A stretch of DNA of 64,000 bases, taken from Mustelus asterias (lineage: Eukaryota). The notes beneath the pieces are model-generated. The model worked only from the letters and a program-made list of their open reading frames with translations. It searched no databases and had not been told where the DNA came from. The stretch is taken from contig NW_027590154.1 of NCBI RefSeq assembly GCF_964213995.1, positions 682,001 through 746,000 of the forward strand, read 5' to 3'. This document shows positions 35,687 through 46,106 of this stretch, piece by piece. A program made the position numbers and the translations under genes. Every line of letters begins with the position of its first letter. Position 1 is the first letter of the stretch.

Positions 35687-36619
35687 ATGGGTAAACCGTG
35701 GAAATGTGAGGATTGTGGAAAGGGATTCAAGTCCCCATCTGAGTTGGAAATTCATCGACGCAGTCACACCGGCGAAAGACCATTCACCTGCTCTCAGTGT
35801 GGGAAGAGATTTACTAATGCATCCGACCTGCTTACACACCAGCGAGTTCATACCGGACAGAGGCCATTCACCTGCTCTGTGTGTGGGAAGAAATTCAGTA
35901 TTTCATCCAACCTAGCGAGACATCATCGAGTTCACACAGGGATGAGACCATTCAGCTGCTCAGTGTGTGGGAAAAAATGCAGAGATTCATCCACCCTGCT
36001 GGTACACCAGCAAGTTCACACCAAGGAGAGGCAATTCATCTGCTCTGACTGTGGGAAGCGATTCACTCGGTCATCCAGTCTGCAGAGGCACCATCGAGTT
36101 CACACTGGGGAGAGACCATTCACCTGCTCAGTGTGTGGGAAAGGATTTAGAGATTCATCTGACCTGCTGGCACATCAGCGAGTTCACACCGGGGAGAGGC
36201 CATTCATCTGCTCCGTGTGTGGGAAAGGATTCGGAGATTCCTCCACCCTGCTGACACACCAGCGAGTTCACACTGGGGAGAGGCCATTCACCTGCTCCAA
36301 CAATGGGAATGGATTCACTCAGTTAGCCAACCTGCTAAGAAACCAACAAATTCACAGCAGGGACAGGGAGAGGCCTTTCACCTGCTCGGCGTGTGAGATG
36401 GGATTCTGTGAGTTATCTACCCTGCTGACACACCAGCGGGTTCACACCGGGGAGAAGCCATTTACCTGCTCTGTGTGTGGGAAGGGATTCAATCGGTCAT
36501 CGAACCTGCTCACACATCAGCGAGTTCATACTGGGGAGAGACCATTTACCTGCTGTGTGTGTGGGAAGGGATTCACTCAGTCATCCCACCTGCTGAGACA
36601 CCAGCGAGTTCACAAGTGA
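35687..36619 (+). CDS. C2H2 zinc-finger protein, 10 intact fingers plus 1 degenerate
   Basis: 310-aa open frame MGKPWKC...HQRVHK; acceptor ttttacag at ~35533. Confidence 0.88.
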   Translation: MGKPWKCEDCGKGFKSPSELEIHRRSHTGERPFTCSQCGKRFTNASDLLTHQRVHTGQRPFTCSVCGKKFSISSNLARHHRVHTGMRPFSCSVCGKKCRDSSTLLVHQQVHTKERQFICSDCGKRFTRSSSLQRHHRVHTGERPFTCSVCGKGFRDSSDLLAHQRVHTGERPFICSVCGKGFGDSSTLLTHQRVHTGERPFTCSNNGNGFTQLANLLRNQQIHSRDRERPFTCSACEMGFCELSTLLTHQRVHTGEKPFTCSVCGKGFNRSSNLLTHQRVHTGERPFTCCVCGKGFTQSSHLLRHQRVHK

Positions 36620-37109
36620 TGACTGGGGTTGTATTCTGCTGTTATTGCTGCTGTTAATCATATCCAGGACTGAAGCATGTTCATTCTGACAGTTGGTGAA
36701 GTGGGAGGGTCAGAGGGTTTCTTGCTGCTGGACTGACTGGTCTCTCAATTTTCATTCCAGTGGCTGGTTCCCTTTGAGCGAGGGCACATTTCCATGGAAA
36801 TTATCCACAAAAGCAGATGTCAGATGAGACTGAGATGAGGAAAAAATTCTTAACTCAAAGGACAGTGAACTTATAGAATTGTCTACCACAGAAGGCTGTG
36901 GAATCCCAATCACTGAATATGTTCAAGGAAGAGATAGATTTTATTTTAGATTTTAATGGCTTCAAGCGGTGTGGGGAGAATATGGCATTGAGATCGAGGA
37001 TCAGCCATGATCATATTGAATGGTGGAGCAGACTCGAATGGCCTGCTCCTAGTTTCTACAGAATACATTAATTTTATACTTGATAATAAATAGTCTTTTT
37101 CCTACCACT

Positions 37110-37690
37110 ACAGGTGTCTTGTCTTTCATCCGTCCTCGTTCTGAGGGTTGGCCGCACTCTGAACAGTCTTTCTCCACTGATTTCTCAGATGCTCTCACTG
37201 CCTGTCCCATCGAGAGGCCGGTCCACATTCTGATATTATCCACCCATCTCGGGCCTTCCTTGGACACATTTTCCAGGTGTTCTGTCTCACATTACCTCTT
37301 TTTCCAAACACTCCCTCTCTATTCACAACACATGTCCAAAATAGGTGAGCTTCCTGGATGTCAGTGCCTCAGACAGGTTCCTGTGAACACCAGCTTTCTC
37401 CAGCACCCACTCATTCACACATTTTGCCATCCGTGACACACGGAATATCCGTCCGAGTCCTTTCATTTCAAACACTTTTATTGGAGCCTCGTCACTCTTA
37501 TTGATAGTCCAGCTTTCACAGACACACATTGTCACCGACCACACAAGGGCTTTCAGAAGATGAATATTTGTTGTAACTGAGATGCTGTGGCTGCTCCGCA
37601 CTGTTTTAATTTAGATCACAACAGCCGTGATCCTTAATCTGGCCTGAATTTATTTGATAGATTCTGCATCTTTCTACCTTGACAGGTTGA
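37110..37690 (-). mobile_element. RTE-clade (BovB-like) LINE 3' fragment
   Basis: LLKALVWSVTMCVCESWT...FEMK...YFGHV...RWVDNIRMWTG. Confidence 0.75.
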
Positions 37691-38094
37691 TCTCAGATAA
37701 ATATATTTGTCTCTGTTCCATTGAGTCTACAGCACAGGGCCGGGCCAGTCAGCTCATTGGTCTGTGTCAGTATTTATGCTCCTCATGAGCCTCCACCCAC
37801 CCCTCTTCATCTCCCCCATCAGCATATCCTTCTATTCCTCTCTCCCTCATGTATGTATCCAGCTTCCCCTTCAATGTATTCATGCTGTTCACCTCAACCA
37901 CTCGCTGTGGTGGTGAGTTCCACATTCTCACCACTCGCTGGTAAAGAGGATTCTCTTGGAATCACTTTCGGATTATTGAACCCTTAGTAATTTTAAAGAT
38001 TTCTGTTGGGTCACAGTTCCAATGTTTGTATTTCGGGTGGAATACCCATTACCCATGGAATCCCTTCGAGAACAGCTTTCCTGGGAGTGTGAGA

Positions 38095-39280
38095 TGGGAA
38101 TCTACAGCTTTGGGGAAACAGGATAAATGTAAGTAGAATTGTCTGTTCTGAATTTTGTACCAGGGATTAAAGTGAAGGATTTGCAGATGAGAAATTCAAA
38201 CCAAACATCACTCTGAGATCTAACAGTTATTTGATTCATTTGGACCTTGTTAAATAATTTCAAAATATGTTAGAGAATGTTAACTAATCTGGTATTCAAA
38301 ATAACAATAAAGACTAATAGAATTGAGTGGTTTAATTTAGGATAAGAATGACAGACTGCCTCATATTTTTTGCAGAGGCACTACCTGCATAGAAACACAT
38401 ATAGTTAGAGGATTTAAACATGTATTTTGGATTTAAAATGTATTTCAGATGTACTTTATGATTTATACACTTTGACCAAAATGCAGGCTGACCCCAGGCA
38501 TAATGGGAAGAAAGCTGAGTTAGACGGGCCACATTCTTTTAGAACAATACAGTCACGGAGCACCGTTCTTATCAGCTCTTAGTCATGGAAAGTACAAGCT
38601 CTCAAACCTAAGCATGAATAGAGTTATTCATTGTTATTGCTAAAGGGATGCCTCACCAGACAGTGAGAAACTGAGAGACGGTGGGAACGGTAACTTTGAA
38701 CTTTATGATTTGTGTATAGAGGGTTGATAGGCGACAAGGGTCGGGAGCTTCCAGATTCAACGAACCAATGAATTCCCATGCTACCAGGGGGAAGAATATG
38801 CTTGGCTAAAGTATATGACATTTGTTAACCATGATTGATTTGTACTGATGATGACTAGTTCATATCCAGCGGGGATTAACCCTGGGCAGGAAAAGTGAAC
38901 TTGGAAAATGGATAATAATACAGATGAATGTAATGTAACTTCAGAAAGCGTTGTCGGACTGCCTGGCTGGCCTTTCTCCCAACAAGTGTTGGTCAATAAA
39001 AATGCCTTTCACCAGGATGCTGTGTCACAAGTCTTTGTATTAACTAAAGATTTGGCAATACTTTGTCTCTGAAAGAAACCCCGTAAAAGCCCTGAACATC
39101 ACTGACCTTTGAATGTGGAAGGAGCAATGTTACATCTATTCTGTCCATGGGATAAGATTTCAGATATAATTGTGACTGCAAAAGCACCGAGACACACACA
39201 CACCCGAGTGAGAGTGTTCCAGTGAACTGAGTGTGGAAAGAGCTTTAACCAGTTACACAGCCTGAAAATACATCACACTA
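38095..39280 (+). pseudogene. ZNF exon-2 leader remnant split by an LTR-like insertion
   Basis: Leader at 38095-38247 resumes at 39091 with the decayed-finger leader; no coding fingers follow. Confidence 0.65.
38248..39089 (+). mobile_element. Probable solo LTR
   Basis: Starts TGTT, has AATAAA at ~38995, interrupts the leader cleanly with an ACCT/CCCT near-duplication; the 3' CA terminus is not preserved. Confidence 0.45.
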
Positions 39281-39654
39281 TAGGGTAAGTAGATGGGAAC
39301 GTGGGAATGATAAAGTATAATTTGGGGAAAAAGATTGTCTGCATTGTTGGGAAGAATAGAAAATCAGCATTTTATTTAAATAGAGAGGCTGCAGAATTCC
39401 ACAGTGGTCTCCTTGATGAGGGATATACTCAGCATGACCACTGTGACTGTGTCCTGTCAATGTACAGCTGCATTGCAGGGTCAGGATCATCTCTGAAGGA
39501 GCTGCCAGTTAGTCCCTTTTCCTCAGAGCCTTCACTACAATTAGAGAACGATGACAGCAAACAAAGAGGTCTTTCAGCCCATCGTGTTCACACCCACACC
39601 AGCTTTCTGAGAGAGTGACACAGCCAGTCCCACGCCCCAGCCTCTCCCTCATTG

Positions 39655-40170
39655 TTCCCCGACCTTTCCCTCGGTCACTCCCGGCCTCTCCCTCGGTCAG
39701 TGCACAGCCTCTCCCTCAGTCACTCCCGGCCTCTCCCTCGGTCACTGCACGGCCTTTCCCTCGATCCCTCCCCGGCCTCTCTCTCGGTCACTGCACAGCC
39801 TCGCCCTCAGTCCCTCCCTGGCCTCTCCCTCGGTCAGTGCACGGCCTTTCCCTCGATCCCTCCCCGGCCTTTCCCTCGGTCACTCCTGTCCTCTCCCTCA
39901 GTCCCTCCCTGGCCTCTCCCTCGGTCAGTGCACGGCCTTTCCCTCGATCCCTCCCCGGCCTTTCCCTCGGTCACTCCTGTCCTCTCCCTCAGTCCCTCCC
40001 TGGCCTCTCCCTCGGTCACTGCACGGCCTCTCCCTCGGTCACTCCCTGGCCTCGCCCTCGGTCCCTCCTTGGCCTTTCCCTCGGTCAGTGCACGGCCTTT
40101 CCCTCGATCCCTCCCCGGCCTCTCCCTCGGTCACTCCTGGCCTCTCCCTCAGTCAGTGCACAGTCTTTCT
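39655..40170. repeat. Pyrimidine-rich ~22-24-bp minisatellite with a 91-bp higher-order duplication
   Basis: ggcctytccctcggtca units; 39821-39911 repeated at 39912-40002. Confidence 0.9.
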
Positions 40171-41809
40171 CTCGTAATCCTGAACATTTTTTTTCTCTCC
40201 AGATAATTATTGAGTTGTGTTTTGAAATCTTGTTTGAACCTTCCTCCTCCCCACACTGGGTCAGTGCACGCCGGGTTCTCACCACTCACTCTGGAAACGG
40301 GATTTCCTCAAATCACCATTGCTTATTTCACAAATCACCTTTAATCTGTGTCCTCTGCTTCTTAACCTTTTTGCCAATCAGAATAGTTTCTTCCGATCTA
40401 CTCTGTCCAAATCCCTCTTGATTTTGAATATTTCTATCGAATCTCCTCTTCTCTATGGAGATCAGCCCCAGCTTTGCCAATCTACCCTCATAACTGAAGT
40501 TTCTCATCCCTGGAACCAGTCCCATGAATCTTTTCTGCATCCTCTACAATATCTTCACATCCTTCCTATAGCGATCTATCCGGAGTTGGCCACAATGCTC
40601 CAGTTGAGGCTGAACCAATGTTTTATTCTGGTTCATCACAACTTCCTTGTTATTCTCGAGTATTTGGACATCAGCCTTTCTCCTGTCAATATACCGCTGC
40701 CTTATGGGGTTGTGGTCACACATTTGAAAGAGCTGCCCATCGGAAAGATGCATCTGAATCTGCTTCCATCCCCTTTCAGGCAGAACGTTCCAGAACAGAA
40801 TTAATTGAGAAATGAATGCCCCCAGTGGATTTTTCCCAATTATTTGATGCAACATATTTAATTGTTGATCTTCTGTTAAATACATTTCCAGAGCAGATTT
40901 AAGGGAAAATGTTCATGACATCTCAGAGATGAACCACACGAAACGCTGTCTGTTTGAAACAAAGCTGATTTATTTGATGCATTAAAATATCAAACTCCAG
41001 CCACATTACAGGAGTTAACATCAGCAAAAAAAAAGTCAGAATTAATGTGATTCAATCCTAAATATGATCAACAGCAGCAACAAAAGCAGAATCCAACTCC
41101 TCTAGAGACTCTGTCTGAGAGTCAGTGCAGACTTGATGGGCTGAATGGCCTCCTTCTGCACTATCGGGATTCGATGAAAAGTAAACAAAACATTAAAATA
41201 AATAAAGATTCTTCAGCTAGTCACTAATCAGCTAAATTTGATGAATTAAACATTGACTGCAATTATATGATAATTTATCAGTTTTATACAAATTAATGAA
41301 TCATGTTTTACTTTATAGTTGGATAATGCAGTGACCAGAACTGTGCTCAGTATTCTAGCTGTGTTCTAACTCGTCTCTAACGTAATCTCCCTGCTCTTAT
41401 ATTCCAGGCCTCAGACAGGAAAGTGTCCCAAATGCCTTCTTGACCATCTGATCTACATGTGCAGCCATCTTCAGGGATCAGTGGATATGCACTCCAAAGT
41501 CCTTCTGTTCCTCTATAATTCTCAACATCATCCCATGTATTGTTCATTCCCTTGTCTTGTTTACTCTCCCAAATTCAATCTCTCTCATTGATCCAGATTG
41601 AATTCTACTTGCTATTTTTGTGTTGACTAACCCCCAAGTCCATTAATATCTTCCTGCTGTCCACAGCTTTATTCCTCATTGTCAACCATGTGAGCTACTT
41701 TTGTATCAGATGCAAACTTAGTAATAATTTTCCACACAGTTGAGCCGAAATTATTGACACAGACCAGAAAACTGTGGAACACCACTGGAAACAGGCATCT
41801 TGGCATCAT

Positions 41810-42958
41810 TCAGTCCTGGATGTGATTAACAGCAGCAATAACAGCAGAATCCAACCCCTGCTGTTGCCTGTGAACTTGCTGGTGTTTCAGCAGGTTGTTT
41901 GACTGAGCGAATCCCTTCCCACACATGGAGCAGTTGAACGGCCTTTCCCCAGTGTGAACTCGCTGGTGTTTCAGCAGATTCTGTTTACTTTTAAATCTCT
42001 TCTCACAATCAGAACATTCAAAAGGTCTCTGATCAGTGTGAACAAGTTGGTGTGTAGTCAGGTGGGATGACTGAGTGAATCTCTTGCCGCACAGGAGGCA
42101 AGTGTACGGTCTCTCCCCAGTGTGAACTCGCCGGTGTATCAGAAGGTCGGATGTATCAATGAATTCCTGACAACACACAGGGCAGGTGAACGGCCTCTCC
42201 CCAGTGTGAACTCGATGGTGTCTCAGAAGGTGAGCTAATCGAGTGAATCCCTTCCCACAGATAGAGCAGGTGAACGGCCTCTCTCCAGTGTGAGTGTGCT
42301 GGTGTTTCAGAAGATCCTTTTTGCTTTTAAATGTTTTCTCACATTCGGGACAATTGAAAGGTCTCTGATCAGTGTGAACAAATCGGTGTTTCAGGAGCTG
42401 GGATGAACAAGTGAATCCCTTCCCACACACGGAGCAGATGAACGGCCTCTCCCCAGTGTGAGTGCGTTGGTGAATCAGTAAATCCTTTTTACTTTTAAAG
42501 TTCTTCTCACAATCAGAACATTTAAACGGTCTCTGATCAGTGTGAACAGTTTGGTGTGTCAGGAGGTGGGATGACTGAGTGAATCCCTTCCCACACATGT
42601 TGCAGATGAATGGCCTCTCCCCAGTGTGAGTGCGTTAGTGAATCAACAAATCCTTTCTGCTTTTGAAGCTCTTCCCACACTCACAACATTTAAATGGTCT
42701 CTGATCAGAGTGAACCTGGTGGTGAGTCCGGAGGTTTGATAAAGCATTAAATCCCTTCCCACATTGAAGACAGGTGAATGGCCTCTCACCAGTATGGACA
42801 TGCTGGTGTGTGTACAGGCTGGATGACTGAGTGAATCCCTTCCCACACACAGAGCAGGTGAATGGTCTCTCCCCGGTGTGAATACGTCGATGGGTTTCCA
42901 ATTCAGATGGGTAATTGAATCCCGTCCCACAGTCCGCACATTTCCACGGTTTCTCCAT
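41810..42958 (-). pseudogene. 13-finger C2H2 ZNF with one in-frame TAA in finger 4
   Basis: MEKPWKC...[12 protein letters not shown] (stop 42635-42637, probably CAA>TAA); the same frame continues to GLDSAVIAAVNHIQD. Confidence 0.85.
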
Positions 42959-42959
42959 G

Positions 42960-43084
42960 ATTATTGACAGGCTATCGGGTGTAGGCGGGATGCAGATTTG
43001 AGCTCACTATCAGATCAGCCATGACGTTATTAAATGGCGGAACTGGCCCGTGGGGCTGAATGGCCTATTGCTGCTCCTTGTTCA
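42960..43084 (+). mobile_element. CR1 3' tail inserted at the ZNF start codon
   Basis: gatcagccatga...aatggcct...gctcc; CATG present on both sides. Confidence 0.75.
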
Positions 43085-44009
43085 CATGGTGCAGGTGTCC
43101 TCCTGTCTCTCCAGGTTATATAATCAGTTGAAACCAGGTCTACACAAAGAACACGAGTACGGTGTCTACCTGATGTAAATGTGCTATTTCTTTTCACGCT
43201 GTGTGACTGGTTAAAGCTCTGTTCCAGCTGACTGTGGAAAAATAACTGAGATGTCTGTGTCTCGGGGCTTTTCCAGTCACACTGATGTTGAATAATTTCC
43301 CAAAGACAAAATAGGCAAACGTTTCTCCTTCCACATTCATTGGCCTTTGATATTCAGATCCTGAAGAATCATGTGACACTGTCAGATCCCGAGACGTTTG
43401 GTTTGAATCGCCCGTCTGCAGATATTCTGGAAAAGGAGTTTACATTGAATTACTTTGAATACACAAGACACAAACAAGCCATTCAGTTTAATTCTTTATA
43501 CTTGACACATCTTCTCCTGTCCCACAGACCTCATCTCAGCCTTTCAGTTGATTTTTCTATTTCTTTTTCTCTCGTGTGTTTCGCACATTTCCTTTTGAAA
43601 CAATCTCAGCACTTTCCTCAACTCATTTCGATGGTGATTCTAAACCTGTGAGTGAAGAAATTTGTCCTTATCGCCTTCTTGGATTTATTAGTAACTATCT
43701 GGTATTTATGACTCTTTGTTTATTGATCATTCCTTCTTTTGGACTCTGTCACAAGTGGAACATTCTCTCCACAATTCCCCTGTCCAAGCCACTAATAATT
43801 TGAAAGACTTTTATCAGGTCACTGCTCGATAGGAAAAAACTTCAATCCATTTAACCTTTCCTGAAAGCTGTAATCTCTGTTTACAAAAATCATCACAGTC
43901 AATGCAGAATAGAAATCACAGAGAGACAAACATTTCTCTTGGGGTTGAGTTTTCTGTGTGTAAATCGTCAACTTGTAACCGTGTGTAAAAGCAGTTTTCA
44001 AACATCCAT

Positions 44010-44323
44010 CATAGAATCGGAGAATCCTCAAGGTACAGGAGGAGGCCATTCAACCCATCGAGTCTGCACCGACAACTATCCCACCCATTCCCGTAATATT
44101 TACCTTGTTAATCCCTCTGACACGAAGGGGCAATTGAGCATGGCCAATCCACCTAACCTGCACATCTTTGGACTGTGGGAGGAACCGGAGCACCCAGAGG
44201 AAACCCACGCAGGCACGGGGAGAATGTGCAAACTCCACACAGGCAGTCACCCAAGGGCAGAATTGAACCCAGGTCCCTGGCGCTGTAAGGCAGCAGTGTT
44301 AATCACTGTGCCACCGTGCTGCC
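44010..44323 (-). mobile_element. HE1/V-SINE-like SINE
   Basis: Reverse-complement SINE consensus. Confidence 0.85.
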
Positions 44324-44479
44324 CCATCTTGCATCTATAAAGCAGCTGTCAATCCACAATAGAAACGCTGAACAGACAATTTTCTTTTCTCCACTCCCAG
44401 TTTTCTCCCTCCCTCTCCTCTGTCTGGGTTCAGTTCTCCAGCTCCTGTCTGCAGACTGACAATAAAACCAATGGGTCTT

Positions 44480-45545
44480 ACTGGGGATGTTGGGGCCTCC
44501 AGCGGGTGTTTGTGAATCCTCCCCGCCCACCTCCCAGGGTTTCCTTCCTTCCCAGAGATCAGAACCCTCATTGATTTGAGGCCAAAGTGTAACCTCTTAT
44601 TTATTGTCCCCCTCCCCCATCCTCTGATGTGAACCATCCTCCAGTGGCTGAGCCAGGATGGGGCCGTTAACCTGGGTCTGTTCCCGGGAGGGAGGGAGGG
44701 AGAAGCCCCGCAGCTGCAAACCAGGGAGCTGACAATGATTCTGAAGGGTTTGTGGATCCACAAAGTGTTTCCAAATCCTCCTCAATGTCCAGCCACCGGT
44801 TTCAGCGCTATCCCTGCGATAAAGCCGGGGCCTGCGGCCTAGGCCAGAAGTTGGTGCTGTTTCCAGTGCAGCCGTGGTTTCCATTCCTATCCTGTGCTCA
44901 CAATCTCCTCCCGAACCCTCCCCAACACCATGACTGACACTGAGCATGCTCAGAGCGCACACCCACACCACCTGATGTGGAGGTGCCGGTGTTGGACTGG
45001 GTGAGTCACCTGATAAAGGGGCGGAGCTCCGAAAGCTCCTGATTCCAAATAAACCTGTTAGATGTGAACCTGGTGTTGTGACTTCTTCCTGTGCTCACCA
45101 CACCTGCGCAGTGCGTTCCCAGGCTCCCCGGCGCCTGATCATCTTTGCGCATGCTCCACTCCCAGCCTGGACCCGCCTCTCATTTAGTCCGATTGGTTGG
45201 AGGACCAGCCGCCCCCGCTCGGTTCTCCAGTCCCGCCCCCTCTTCCTATTGGTCCGGAGCTGCCGTCAATCAGTCCCCGGGCATTGTGATGTGGAGCATG
45301 CGCAGTGTCATTGCTGTCCTTGGCGCTTGTTTGTCCCGGAGAAGCGGAGTCAGCGTTAGGCGGTGGCTGGGAGGATTTGGAAACACTTTGTGGATCCGCA
45401 GGCGGGAAGGAGCTCGAGCCGGCGGGTTTTCAATGGGAATTTTAAATGGCGCGGATCCAGAGCCCGATAGAAAACCGGAAACATAAATGGATCCGGGCGG
45501 TGAGGCTTCATAAACACCCGGTGTCGGCCAGATGCCGGATCTCGG
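44480..45545. promoter_or_regulatory. CpG island, probable bidirectional promoter for ZNFs 42958(-) and ~52150(+)
   Basis: Cassette 45146-45304 closely resembles 23443-23597; AAATGGCG at ~45444. Confidence 0.72.
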
Positions 45546-45549
45546 GCCA

Positions 45550-45848
45550 GGGTGACACAGTGGTTAACACTGCTGCTTCACAGCGCCAGGGACCCGGGTT
45601 CAATTCCCAGCCTGGGTCAGTGTCTGTGTGGAGTCTGCACATTCTCCCCGTGTCTGCGTGGGTTTCCTCCGGGTGCTCCGGTTTCCTCCCACAGTCTGAA
45701 AGATGTGCTGGTTAGGGTGCATTGGCCGTGCTAAATTTTCCCTCGGTGTACCCGAACAGCTGCCGGAGTGTGGCGACTAGGGGATTCTCACAGTAACTTC
45801 ATTGCAGTGTTAATGTAAACCTACTTGTGACACTAATAATTAAACTTT
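45550..45848 (+). mobile_element. V-SINE-like SINE with alternative tail
   Basis: Tail cttgtgacactaataattaaacttt. Confidence 0.85.
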
Positions 45849-46106
45849 AATCCCTCAATTTGCGAGGCAAAATCCTCAGACGTTAACATCGGCCATCTTT
45901 ATTAAGGGCAAAACCAAATGGATAATCCTCAACAAACAAAACATCAGAGATAGAGTTTGTTGTGAAATCAGTGGGTTGTTGTAAAACAGGAGGTCAGAAT
46001 TATAGCCAACATAGAACATAGAACATAGAACATTACAGCGCAGAACAGGCCCTTCGGCCCACGATGTTGCACCGACCAGTTAAAAAAAAAACTGTGACCC
46101 TCCAAC

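Noticed and set aside
39615-40421. 268-aa Pro/Ser-rich ORF
   Set aside because: Translation of a stop-poor minisatellite, open in several frames.
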